Shown: in pieces, positions 9,558-19,013 of the stretch
How the letters are laid out: every line of letters starts with the position of its first letter
Numbering within the stretch: the first letter of the stretch is position 1
Assembly: GCA_965248925.1 (NCBI GenBank)
Contig: CBDFLE010000005.1
Coordinates: forward strand, 576,001 to 640,000
Direction: 5' to 3'
Source of the DNA: Candidatus Multivoradales bacterium
GTDB lineage: Bacteria; Acidobacteriota; Thermoanaerobaculia; Multivoradales; J023
DNA length: 64,000 bases
The notes under the pieces: model-generated
Seen by the model: the letters and a program-made list of their open reading frames with translations, nothing else
What the model was told of the DNA's origin: nothing
Databases searched by the model: none
Position numbers and translations under genes: made by a program

Positions 9558-11332
9558 GGGAAGCCTCCAGCGGGTCGCTGCGCCCGCTAGTGCTGGTCCT
9601 CGGCGTAGTTGGCCTGGGGCTGATATCGATCCTTCTGCTGATCGGTACCGATCGTCTGCGGCGCCACGGCGAGATGGCTGACCGCACCCTCGCCCTGACT
9701 CTCGCCGACCTACAGCGAGATATCGCTACTTCACATCTGTGGCTTGAAGAGTACGTCAGCGGTGACTCCGTCGACGATGCTGAGATTTTTGATCCTTTGG
9801 TGCTGTCGCTGGCCCGGGTTGATCGCTGGCTCGGCCAATCAACTGGCAGGGCGGTCGACAGCCAGCTGCGGCCCTTCACCGATCGCCGACTGTTGAGCCT
9901 TGCCGGCAACCTGAAGTTCCTCCTCCAGCGCTTTGCCGAGATCGCGGCCAAGCGCCACCGCGGCTTCGTCCAGGGCGAGGAAGTCGGCGTCGGCTCCCCC
10001 CTGGATGTGGAGTACGACCGGGTGTTCGCCGAGCTGCGCAGCGAGGCAGTCGCGCTGGAGCAAGCTCTCGAGCAGCGTCGGCAAAGCGATGCAGCGCGCT
10101 CTAACCGCACCTTCATCGGCATCATTATCGGTTGGGGTCTGTTGCTAGCGTTGGCCGCTACCGGTCTGTGGACTCGAGAGAGGCATCGCCAACAGACCGA
10201 GCTGGCGCTCGGTGACAGCCAAGAGCAGCTCCTCCAGGCACAGAAAATGGAGGCTGTTGGCCGCCTCGCCGATGGGATAGCGCACGATATCAACAACTAC
10301 CTGGCAGCGCTGCGCGGCCAGTGCGAGCTGGTCGCCATGCGCTTTGGCGGCGATCCGCGAATCAGCAGCAAGATGGAAGACTCCATCGGTACCATCCACA
10401 AGGCTTCGGCGCTGATCGATCGCTTGTTGGCTTTCAGTCGTCAGCGGCCGATAGAACCCACGGTGTTGAACCTCAACAGGTTAGTGGAAGGGCTGGGAAA
10501 GATGATGGGCCGTTTGCTGGGCGACGATGTGCGGCTGAAGATGGCGCTCAATCCGGGCTTGTGGAACGTCAGAGCTGATCCGGCTCAGCTCGAGCAAGTG
10601 ATTGTCAACCTGCTGGTCAACGCGCGCGACGCGATGGCGCGAGGCGGTGATCTGGAAGTCGTAACCGAGAACCGACCGACCGCCAGCGGTGACCACGTCG
10701 TGCTAAGCATCACCGACAGCGGTGCCGGTATTGAGCCTGAGATCCGCGACAAGATCTTCGAGCCGTTCTTCACCACCAAGTTGAGTAGCGGATCTAGCGG
10801 TTTGGGCCTGGCGACGGTGTACGGTGTCGTGCAGCGTCACGGTGGCCGCATCGAGGTCGACAGTGAGGTTGGCCGCGGGACGATTTTCGAGATCTTCCTG
10901 CCTCGTACGCTACAGCCGTTGACCGCGGTGGATGACTCTCCGGTGGATGCCGAGCCGCTACAGGGTGCCGGTGAGAGTCTCCTGCTGGTGGATGACAACA
11001 GCAGCTTTCGCCACGCCACCGCCGCCCTACTGGAAGGTCTGGGATACCGTGTCGAGGCAGTAGCAGATGGCGAGCAGGCACTACTCGCTATCGACCGCCT
11101 GGCAGGTCTGCGCTTGGTTCTGACCGACGTAGTGATGCCCGGATTGGATGGCACCGAACTCTTGCGCCAGCTGGATCCGCGCTCTGGTGTGCGGCTGATC
11201 TTCATCTCGGGTCACAGCGCTAGCGAACTCGAGCGCCGCGGTTTTTCCGTCGCTCAAGGACAGCTGCTCAAGAAGCCTTTCTCGGCGGTGGCTTTGGCCC
11301 GGATGGTTCACCAAGCGCTACAAGGTCCCTAG
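9554..11332 (+). CDS. Membrane hybrid sensor histidine kinase (paralogue of 4759-6614)
   Basis: Two TM segments, HLWLEE sensor motif, [24 protein letters not shown] and receiver LTDVVMPG. The start overlaps the upstream stop (GTGA). Confidence 0.92.
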   Translation: MREASSGSLRPLVLVLGVVGLGLISILLLIGTDRLRRHGEMADRTLALTLADLQRDIATSHLWLEEYVSGDSVDDAEIFDPLVLSLARVDRWLGQSTGRAVDSQLRPFTDRRLLSLAGNLKFLLQRFAEIAAKRHRGFVQGEEVGVGSPLDVEYDRVFAELRSEAVALEQALEQRRQSDAARSNRTFIGIIIGWGLLLALAATGLWTRERHRQQTELALGDSQEQLLQAQKMEAVGRLADGIAHDINNYLAALRGQCELVAMRFGGDPRISSKMEDSIGTIHKASALIDRLLAFSRQRPIEPTVLNLNRLVEGLGKMMGRLLGDDVRLKMALNPGLWNVRADPAQLEQVIVNLLVNARDAMARGGDLEVVTENRPTASGDHVVLSITDSGAGIEPEIRDKIFEPFFTTKLSSGSSGLGLATVYGVVQRHGGRIEVDSEVGRGTIFEIFLPRTLQPLTAVDDSPVDAEPLQGAGESLLLVDDNSSFRHATAALLEGLGYRVEAVADGEQALLAIDRLAGLRLVLTDVVMPGLDGTELLRQLDPRSGVRLIFISGHSASELERRGFSVAQGQLLKKPFSAVALARMVHQALQGP

Positions 11333-11365
11333 CCACAGACAACGCCCTCAACAGGGAGGCCCGGA

Positions 11366-11390
11366 GCCGGTCGGCATCTCGCCGACCGGC
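11366..11390. terminator. Stem-loop between convergent genes
   Basis: GCCGGTCGGC-ATCTC-GCCGACCGGC, a perfect 10-bp stem with no U-tract. Confidence 0.5.
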
Positions 11391-11408
11391 CGCTTGCTAT
11401 CGGCAGCC

Positions 11409-14400
11409 TCAAGGGCAGATCGTCGAATCGAACAGCGGACCCTGGTCGACGCAATCCGATCCCGGTCGCCGGTCGTGCGGCACACAGACCGTGACCACCG
11501 CCTCGCAGGTGCCACCGCGACCGTCATCTGCGATGAATCCGAGGTGGTAGACCCGCCCATCGCCACCGCCGGAGCGCTCGCGGCGGACGCTGGCGCTCGG
11601 CGTACCGGTGCCGGTCGCGTCCGGACAGAAGGCGCCGTCGCCGGTGCTGTCCACCGGTTCGTCCTGGAACACCTGCAGCACTGTCAGGGTGATCGGATCG
11701 CCGTCGGCATCGACCACCCCCTCGATGGCGATCTCCACCATGGCGTGGTTCGGCGGCCACAGCCGATCGAGATCGGCGAACACGGCGCTGCAATCCGGCG
11801 GTACGTTGACCACTTCGAGCAGGTCGCTGTCGAGAGTCTGTTCGAGGCCGCTACCCGCAAGCACGCCGATCAGCAGAGCGAGGTAGGTCTTCGGTGGCAG
11901 TCCGGTAGTGGTGAAGAGCTGATTGCCGGTGAAGGTGTCGCCTACCGCGATGGCGGTCTGGTCCAGTAGCTCACCGACCACTTGCTCGCTGTCTGGATCC
12001 AGCAGCAGTACCCGGACCCCGAGGTCGACCAGCGGCGTGTTGCCCTGGTTGGTCAGGGTGTAGAGCGCGTCGCTCGGCTGGCCGCTGTCGACCAGGTCGG
12101 GATTGAGGCTCAGGGTGCCGCTCAAGCCGGCGCCGGAGAGCGCCGAGCTCTCGATCCTGAAGCCGGCCGAGCACATCGTCGCCAGCTGGTCGCCGGAGAA
12201 GATCTCAAGCAGCGCCAGGTGATCGCCCGGGCTGACCCCGAGGGGAGCGAAGGAGAAGGTCTGCTCGCTGAGACTGGCCGGCGGCAAGGGAGCGAGCAAG
12301 CGCTCCTCGGCGAAGATCTCGAGGTCGAACTCGTCGAAGACTCTGAGCCGCGCCGACAGGCCGTTGAGGGTGAACTCCTCGTCGAGGTTCTCGATCTGAC
12401 CGTCGAAGGTGGCCAGCTCATCGGCGTCGTAGACCACCTGCAAGCTGAACAGATTGCACAGCGCCGCAGTTAGTGGCAGCACGTCTGGGGTGATGGGATT
12501 GCAGTCGTCGTCGATACCGTTGCCAGGGATCTCCTCGGCGCCCGGGTTGACGTTCGGGTCCGTGTCGTCACAGTCCTCGTCCTCGGGGAAGCCGTCGCCG
12601 TCGCCGTCCGGTGGCTCGAGACTCGGCTGGCAGCTGGCCTCGATCGGTAGGGTGGCCAGCGTTCCATTGGTCAGGGTGTCGAAAAATTCGATCGCTCCCG
12701 GGCCACTCACCGAGCTACCGTCACCGGTGAAGGTGACGTCGAAGGTCGCCGACTCGCCAGGGCCAACGCCGGTGACCACCTCGGGGGTGAAGCTGAACGA
12801 CAGACCGTCGGGCAGCGTCGCCGGCCGTAGCGACACGTCGACCGGCCGGGTGGCAGCGGTGGTCACCGCCCGCACCACGGCGTCGCGCAGCGGGCCGGTG
12901 CCGCCGGAGATGTTGAACACCAGCGGCAGGCCGGTCTCGTCGACCGCGCCGGTGAGCAGCGCCAGGGCCGACATCAGCACGCTGGAGCTGCCCGACGGTC
13001 CGACCGGATTGCGGATCGCGGTACCGCCGGGAGCGAGGCCGATCACCGAGATACCGAGCGCGTTGAGCTGGTCGATGGTCGCCGGCACCGGCGCCGAGCC
13101 GAGCGGTGCAATAGCCCCCGCTACGGTGTTGCCGAATCTCGAGATCGAGTCGCTGACCCGGCCAAAGCGGCTGGAGCCGATCGAGCTTGAGCAAGCGATG
13201 GCGGTGGTCGGCACAGTCGCCCCGCCGGCACCGGTTAGGGTGGTCGGGATCGGCTCGCTGGCGGCGAACGGGGCCACCGAGCAGATATCGCCAGCCTGGA
13301 TCACCAGATGTAAGGCTCCCGGCCTGAAGCCGACGCCGCCAAGTCCACCGACGGTTGGCGCGATGTTCGAGTCGAATCCTGGAACATCGCCGCTGGTGCC
13401 CGGTGAGACCTGGGTCAAGGCGTTGCCAGCCACCCCGCTGTCGAGGTTCGAGCCGTTGCCGTTGCCGTCGAACCCGGCCCCGGTAGCAATCTGGAACAGG
13501 GCCTCGAAGTTGGTCTCCGGACCATCGCCGCCAAAGCCCGGTGCGCTGCGGCTCAGGGCGCCGTTGATCAAGGCGAGGAAATCCGGCAAGTCGGGAGTGA
13601 TCAGCGGTTGGTTGAGGGTGAACGGCCTGCCGGTCGAGTTTTCGCTGCTGAAGGTGCGGCCCTGACTGCCGCCGTAGTCCTCGAAGCGACCGACGCCGAA
13701 GGAGAATGAGATCTCAGGCAGGCCGGCTTGCAGGTCGCCGACCAGCTGGTTGAAAATGTTACGTACCTGTGGCACCCGGCCGGCGAAGCTGCCGGTGTCG
13801 TCGAAGAGCAGGAAGACGTCGACCCGGTCGACCACCGAAGTCGGTGGAAAAGTGATCGTCGCTGGTACCGTTTCCGAGCCGCCGACACACACCGCCGAAC
13901 TCGGTTCGAGGACGATCTCGCTGGGGTCGATGGCGCCGCTGCCAAGGCAGCTGCCGGTCTGCAGGATACAGCTCGAGCTGCAGGCCAGGGTGCCGCCGCC
14001 GAAACCCAGGGAGTCGCAGCTCTGGCCGGCGAGGTCCGTACCGTCACACTCCTCCTCCGGCCGGTTGATCTCACCATCGCCACAGAACGGCACCCCTTCG
14101 CAGCCGGCAGCGTCGAAGGTGCAGTCCGGATTGCAGGCCAGAACGCCGCCGAGGAAGCCGACGTCAACGCAGCCCTGGCCACCTAGGTCGCTGCCATCGC
14201 AAGACTCCGTAGCCTGGTTGATCACCCCGTCGCCGCAGGTCGGTGGCGCCGAGCAACCGAGGGTGTCGAGCGAGCACTCCGAGGTGCAGGCCAGATCACC
14301 TGGGCCCAAGCCGAGGGACTCGCAGGTCAGGGCGCCGAAGTCCAATCCGTCGCAGGCCTCAGTAGCTTGATTGATCTCACCATCGCCGCACACCGGCGGT

Positions 14401-15452
14401 CCGGTGCAACTGCTGGTGTCGAGGCCACAGCTGGCGTTGCAAGCCAGGGTGCCGGTTCCCAGGCCGAGGGTTTCGCAGCTCGCGCCGGCCAGGTCGAGTC
14501 CGTCGCAGAGCTCGCCAGGCTGGTTGATCGCACCATCGCCGCACACTGGCACGGTGGCCAGCGCCGCCAGCGCTCTGAGCGCCAGTGCGGTGGGGTATGG
14601 ATCGCCCTGCCAGCTGCCGTCGGTCTGCTGGAGTCCGCCTAAGAAGGCGGTCATCGCGCCCAGCTCGGGTCCTACCGCGGGAATCGCGGCGAGAGCGGTT
14701 GAGGCCAGCGCTGAGTGGATCAGGAGATTGGCTCCGGCCGCGCCGAAGCTGCCGTCGAGGTTGCGCAGGCCGCTCAAGTAGGCCGCGCCTTCGTCCAAGT
14801 CACTCAGCACCGCGAAGCGGCTCTGGTAGCCCGCCAACCCCAGCATGGCGTGGCTGGTACAGAAGATCTCACTGAGCCCACCGGCGACACACGGCCAGCC
14901 GCCATCGGTATTCTGGACGCTGACCAGATAACCCAGCGCGGGCAGCAAGACCGCGTTGCCGACGGTCGGCTGTGAGGCCACCGCGGCCAATGCCAGGGCG
15001 GTGTCGAGAGGGTCAGCGCTGAAGTCGGCCGACAAGCCCCAGCCGCCACGGTCGCTGGCATCGGCAGTGAGCACCACCAGCAGCCCGGCGACGTCACGGC
15101 CTTCGGCGGCGAGCGGCGCCAGCCGCCGTGCACGATCATCGGTGTCGAGCGCCGGCTCGGTATCGAGCAAGGTCGCCGCGGCGGCCCTGGCACCGGCCTC
15201 GAGGCCGCTGGCGCGGAGGGCTCTCAGCGCCTCGGTCGTGGCCTGCTCGGGCCGCACCTGGAGGCTCAGCCAGCTGCCGTCGGCTTGTTGGTTGGCGGCC
15301 AGGAAAGCGGCGCCGTCGGTGGATGGCTGGCCTTGTGCAGGAGTGCTGAAGCTCGCCCAAACGAGAAATAGAAGCGGCAGCGCAACCCACGCCAGGGTCG
15401 ACTGGGAGCGCGGGCGGTAGGTACTTCGACTGCTTGAGAGCGTCGTCATCAT
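11409..15452 (-). CDS. Large exported multidomain surface protein: prenyltransferase/squalene-oxidase-repeat helical barrel, 4 Cys-rich repeats, integrin-beta-like VWA, MopE-type motif, Ig/CARDB-like domains and a C-terminal LWPPNH domain
   Basis: GAAGGAG RBS and signal peptide (PAQG|QP). Motifs include QxxDGSW/QNTDGGW repeats, CGDG repeats, VDVFLLFDDTGS...GVGRFED...GGDGPE, DGDGDGF..DCDD..VNPGAEE..NGIDDDC and LWPPNH...ERSGGGDGRVY. Confidence 0.8.
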   Translation of the reverse strand: MMTTLSSSRSTYRPRSQSTLAWVALPLLFLVWASFSTPAQGQPSTDGAAFLAANQQADGSWLSLQVRPEQATTEALRALRASGLEAGARAAAATLLDTEPALDTDDRARRLAPLAAEGRDVAGLLVVLTADASDRGGWGLSADFSADPLDTALALAAVASQPTVGNAVLLPALGYLVSVQNTDGGWPCVAGGLSEIFCTSHAMLGLAGYQSRFAVLSDLDEGAAYLSGLRNLDGSFGAAGANLLIHSALASTALAAIPAVGPELGAMTAFLGGLQQTDGSWQGDPYPTALALRALAALATVPVCGDGAINQPGELCDGLDLAGASCETLGLGTGTLACNASCGLDTSSCTGPPVCGDGEINQATEACDGLDFGALTCESLGLGPGDLACTSECSLDTLGCSAPPTCGDGVINQATESCDGSDLGGQGCVDVGFLGGVLACNPDCTFDAAGCEGVPFCGDGEINRPEEECDGTDLAGQSCDSLGFGGGTLACSSSCILQTGSCLGSGAIDPSEIVLEPSSAVCVGGSETVPATITFPPTSVVDRVDVFLLFDDTGSFAGRVPQVRNIFNQLVGDLQAGLPEISFSFGVGRFEDYGGSQGRTFSSENSTGRPFTLNQPLITPDLPDFLALINGALSRSAPGFGGDGPETNFEALFQIATGAGFDGNGNGSNLDSGVAGNALTQVSPGTSGDVPGFDSNIAPTVGGLGGVGFRPGALHLVIQAGDICSVAPFAASEPIPTTLTGAGGATVPTTAIACSSSIGSSRFGRVSDSISRFGNTVAGAIAPLGSAPVPATIDQLNALGISVIGLAPGGTAIRNPVGPSGSSSVLMSALALLTGAVDETGLPLVFNISGGTGPLRDAVVRAVTTAATRPVDVSLRPATLPDGLSFSFTPEVVTGVGPGESATFDVTFTGDGSSVSGPGAIEFFDTLTNGTLATLPIEASCQPSLEPPDGDGDGFPEDEDCDDTDPNVNPGAEEIPGNGIDDDCNPITPDVLPLTAALCNLFSLQVVYDADELATFDGQIENLDEEFTLNGLSARLRVFDEFDLEIFAEERLLAPLPPASLSEQTFSFAPLGVSPGDHLALLEIFSGDQLATMCSAGFRIESSALSGAGLSGTLSLNPDLVDSGQPSDALYTLTNQGNTPLVDLGVRVLLLDPDSEQVVGELLDQTAIAVGDTFTGNQLFTTTGLPPKTYLALLIGVLAGSGLEQTLDSDLLEVVNVPPDCSAVFADLDRLWPPNHAMVEIAIEGVVDADGDPITLTVLQVFQDEPVDSTGDGAFCPDATGTGTPSASVRRERSGGGDGRVYHLGFIADDGRGGTCEAVVTVCVPHDRRPGSDCVDQGPLFDSTICP
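13935..14546 (-). repeat. Four tandem 153-bp (51-aa, 6-Cys) repeats
   Basis: xCGDGxINxxxExCDGxDLxGxxCxxxGxxxGxLACxxxCxxxxxxC occurs four times in the translation. Confidence 0.9.
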
Positions 15453-15516
15453 CGATCTCCTTCGGCGACCAGGCCACCGTGCACTTTGCTCATCATGTCC
15501 ATTCGACAGATCCGCA

Positions 15517-18500
15517 TCAGGCCCAGACCTGCAGCCAAGGGTTGGTGGCCGAACCGAAACCGTCGAAACGCTCATCCTCGGGCGGGCGCAAGAAGCGCAG
15601 TAGCCATCGCTGTAGGTTGATCCACACGGTGTCGGGAGCCATTCCCAGGCTGCCGAAGATCCTGCCCATGAGGACCGCGATGGAGGACATGATCAGCGCG
15701 TTGATCGCCCAATAGAAGCCGATGACGGCGAGCAGAGCGATCGCTGTTCCTCCAGAAGCGAAGAGTGCAAACACCCCGATGGTCACCACGATGATCGCCG
15801 CCATGGCAAGCACCACACCGACCGCATTGCGTCCCGCGGGTCCAAGCCCCGGGTTGTCCTCGAGGATCCCTTGGTAGGAGTCGATCGCGTCGTAGATCGC
15901 CAGAGCGATGCCGGCGATGCCGGCGATCAAGGCGAGGACCCCAAGGCCGGCCAGAGCCGCGAATGCGCCGACGGCCACCAATAGCATGCCGAGGAAGGCC
16001 GCGGTGACCGAGCCGCCGGGAATCGGTGGTATGCGAAAACCGCCGCCGGCCAGGCCGCTGGCGATCAGGTAGGCGCCCGAGCCGGTGGCCGGATCGAAGA
16101 CCACCAGGCCCACGCCCGAGAATCCGTCGAGCTCGAATTGGCGCTGCGGGATGGTGACCTCACGGCCGGCGTTGACCGAGTTGACGATCTCGTTGCGCAC
16201 CAACGACGAGACGCTGAGCTGGGGCAGCGCCGTCGCCAGGTTGTCGCGGGTGATATGGAAGATCGGGATGTTCCGCCGCACCGCCTCGTCGAGGTAGGCC
16301 ATCGTGCTAATGCCGTCCTGGGTCGGAGTGTCGCTGATCGACAAGTCCCAGATCTCGGACTCTTGCCGCGAGGCGTTGGCACCGGCTTGGGCCAGGTAGC
16401 CGATGGCCTGCGCACGATCGCCGTCCAGAGCCACCACCGCCTGCAGGTCGGTATCGACATCGGTTGCCAACGAACCGCTGCGCACCTCGTTGGGGGTGCC
16501 GAAGAAGAAGAAGGTCTGCAGGGCGTAAGTGAAGATGCCCTCCGATGGCAGCCGCGCGGTGGCGATGCCTCGGCTACCCTTGAGCACGTTCGAGAACACC
16601 GCCAGCTGAGACCAGTAGGTCAGGCCGCCAGCGTGCAGGTACTCGCCCATGATGTCGTCCTTGTCGAGCCCCGAGGTATTGCCCGCCACGATCAGGTCGA
16701 GGACCTGCTGGGCCGCTCCCCGGCGCTCGTCGGAGTCGCCTGGAATACCGAGGTTGAGGACGATGGCGTTGTAGGTGCCGGCGGTTACCGCGTTATTCAC
16801 CACGTCGGTGTTGCGACCGGGCCCCGAGAGCACGAGGCGGAAGTTGCCACTCTCGCCCAAGGTCACAGCGGCGCCGGTGGCCACTACCTCGCCTTCGATG
16901 CGCAGCTCTGGGTGGACCCGGATCAGGTAGGCCGGCAACGAGCTGGGGAAGTCTTCGATAGCGTCGTCGTCAGCTGGCGCGAAGGACAGCATGGTGTCGC
17001 GGTCGGCGTCCGATGCCGGCCCATAGCTGAGGGTGATCTTGCGGCCGGCAAGCTGCGGCATGGAGGCGCCGAAAGTGAGGTCGGGCAAGAAGCCGAAGCT
17101 GCTCGAGGTGACCTCGAAGCGTAGCTGATGGCGTAGCGAGCTGGGCAGCTCGGCGAACGAACCTGCCCGCACCAGCACCCGGTAAGGAAGCGAGGCCGGC
17201 AGCAGGGTCAAGCGTTGCTCGCGGATCCTAGTGCCGCCCGCCAGATCGCGCAGCGTCGAAGGAACGCCCTCACTGTCGGCGAAAGCGAGAATCTGGTTCT
17301 TGACCGTCTCGAGGTTGGTGGTGACGAAGCCGACGTCAAGGTCGCTGAGCGCACCGTTGGTCGGATCGATAGTCGCCGTGTCAAACCCCTGCTGCAGGAA
17401 GTCCAGCGAGTCGAAGCCGGCGGCGGCGGCCAGGTCGATGCCCGGCACGACGTCGAGCTGCTTGAAGCTCGGGTCCAGAGGAACCCAGGTGTCGCCGGCA
17501 ACGGCCACCGCGCCGCGCGAGGGTACATAGTCGAGAAACGCCTCCACCCAAGTGTGCTCGAATCGGCCCGACACCAAGGAGACGCCGTCGCTCAGGCCGA
17601 CGGTTGGGGTGCCGGCCGAGGACATGAAGGTCAGGGCCGCTTGCGGGTCGCTAAAGCCGCCGGCCAGGCTCATGATCTGGTCGATCGGCGCCTCGATGGT
17701 GCCGCTTGCGTAGCGCGCCGGAATGCCCGAAGTGCGCAGTAGAGCAATCAACAATGAGGCGGTGTCCGTGGCATTGCAGAGTTTACTGTCGAGACACGCG
17801 CCAGCGCCTTGAATCGAGCCGGTGGTAGGAACGAACGAGATCGCATTGCGAACGAAGTCGAAGATCCGGATCGGGTCGTTGCCGAGTTCGCTCGCCCGGG
17901 CGGTGATCGCCGGCGTGAACTGGACATCGATTGTCTCGGCCAAGTCTTCTGGGCCGGGCAACGACGCTTTGGCGCCGAGTCCCTGCACGGTGGCTTCACC
18001 GGCCGGGCTCTGGGCAGCGCCAGTGCTGGCCATCTCGGTGAACTCGACGGCGTTGAGCCGAGGCTCGACGGGCTCCAGCTCACTCATCCGGTGGGGCAAC
18101 TTGAGTGGATCGAAAGCCGGCGGCAGGGTGGGTGGGTCGAGCATCTCGGAGAGATAGTCCTCAAGCCGATCCAGCTCGCCGCCCAGAGCCGCGGCCGCCG
18201 GTCCCCCGGCCTTGCCGCCGCGCAGCTGCCGCCGCGCATCTCGGCTCGCTTTGTCGACGGCCGCACGAAGGTTGCCGAACAAAGCTGTTCGGGACTCGAA
18301 CTTGGAAAGCTCCGCCCTTTGTCGATCGATGATCAGCTGTGGCAGGCCAGCGCTTCGCAGATGATGACCAAGCTGCAGGAGCGAGCCGCGGACTTCAAGA
18401 ATCAGTTCGGAGATCTGCTTCAGGTGCTCACCGAGGCCGTCGCCGAGGCTGTTCAGCCGATCAGCTTGCCGCGTTGAGCGGAGTGCGGGGATCAACGCCC

Positions 18501-18726
18501 GCGCCTTGGTGGCCGCCTCATGGAGCTCGGCGGCGGCGCTCGGCCCGAGGGACTCCTGCTTGGTGTCGAGTTGCTCCGCGGCCTGCAGGTAGGTCAAGGG
18601 GTCGACCATCCAAAACAGCAGCAGGATCAGAACGACGGCGGTGAAGGGGCGCGCCCGCTGCCGCCAGACGGTCTCTAGCGGCGCACGAAGGGCAGGTGTG
18701 GCTCGGCATTCCAGGGGGCTCTGCAT
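15517..18726 (-). CDS. Large exported transglutaminase-like protein with a hydrophobic multi-helix C-terminal tail
   Basis: N-terminal signal/TM. The core has CNATDTASLLIALLRTSGIPARY, EHTWVE and WVPLDPSFK. The junction DPATGSGAYLIASGLAGG is followed by about 4 Gly/Ala-rich hydrophobic segments. Confidence 0.8.
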   Translation of the reverse strand: MQSPLECRATPALRAPLETVWRQRARPFTAVVLILLLFWMVDPLTYLQAAEQLDTKQESLGPSAAAELHEAATKARALIPALRSTRQADRLNSLGDGLGEHLKQISELILEVRGSLLQLGHHLRSAGLPQLIIDRQRAELSKFESRTALFGNLRAAVDKASRDARRQLRGGKAGGPAAAALGGELDRLEDYLSEMLDPPTLPPAFDPLKLPHRMSELEPVEPRLNAVEFTEMASTGAAQSPAGEATVQGLGAKASLPGPEDLAETIDVQFTPAITARASELGNDPIRIFDFVRNAISFVPTTGSIQGAGACLDSKLCNATDTASLLIALLRTSGIPARYASGTIEAPIDQIMSLAGGFSDPQAALTFMSSAGTPTVGLSDGVSLVSGRFEHTWVEAFLDYVPSRGAVAVAGDTWVPLDPSFKQLDVVPGIDLAAAAGFDSLDFLQQGFDTATIDPTNGALSDLDVGFVTTNLETVKNQILAFADSEGVPSTLRDLAGGTRIREQRLTLLPASLPYRVLVRAGSFAELPSSLRHQLRFEVTSSSFGFLPDLTFGASMPQLAGRKITLSYGPASDADRDTMLSFAPADDDAIEDFPSSLPAYLIRVHPELRIEGEVVATGAAVTLGESGNFRLVLSGPGRNTDVVNNAVTAGTYNAIVLNLGIPGDSDERRGAAQQVLDLIVAGNTSGLDKDDIMGEYLHAGGLTYWSQLAVFSNVLKGSRGIATARLPSEGIFTYALQTFFFFGTPNEVRSGSLATDVDTDLQAVVALDGDRAQAIGYLAQAGANASRQESEIWDLSISDTPTQDGISTMAYLDEAVRRNIPIFHITRDNLATALPQLSVSSLVRNEIVNSVNAGREVTIPQRQFELDGFSGVGLVVFDPATGSGAYLIASGLAGGGFRIPPIPGGSVTAAFLGMLLVAVGAFAALAGLGVLALIAGIAGIALAIYDAIDSYQGILEDNPGLGPAGRNAVGVVLAMAAIIVVTIGVFALFASGGTAIALLAVIGFYWAINALIMSSIAVLMGRIFGSLGMAPDTVWINLQRWLLRFLRPPEDERFDGFGSATNPWLQVWA

Positions 18727-19013
18727 AACTGCGGACTCTCCACGGTTGGGTTCTTGGCCTCAGCAAGTCGCTGCTTTGGAATGCCGGACTCGACGTCCAA
18801 CGTCAGCGGCGGCGACCGCTTCGGCTCGGAAGAGCAGAAGATTTGCCCAACCTTACTGGAAGTCGCGTCAAGAAATCTAGAGAAATATTTCAATAATCGG
18901 CTACGAGTATCTCTGGCCAGGCTACGCCGTGGATGAGGTCCGCGAGCGGCGCGCGAGCATCTACAGAGAGAGTCGGCGGAGAATCTTCGACGAGTTCAAC
19001 GTTCTCTGCTGCT

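Noticed and set aside
12454-13665. Long antisense ORFs (also 16138-17124, 27694-28716, 35332-36462, 61871-63076)
   Set aside because: They are shadows of well-supported opposite-strand genes in GC-rich DNA and carry no motifs.
15135-15146. DTDD plus QW-like repeats suggesting a squalene-hopene cyclase
   Set aside because: The protein is exported, has a single barrel, lacks the DxDDTA context and is fused to adhesin domains, so it is more likely structural.
15236-15265. RPEQ resembling the alpha-2-macroglobulin thioester motif CxEQ
   Set aside because: There is no Cys at the required position.
18830-18850. GG-N10-GC sigma54-like site upstream of the transglutaminase gene (also about 52503-52518)
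   Set aside because: The match to TGGCAC/TTGC is weak and expected by chance at this GC content.
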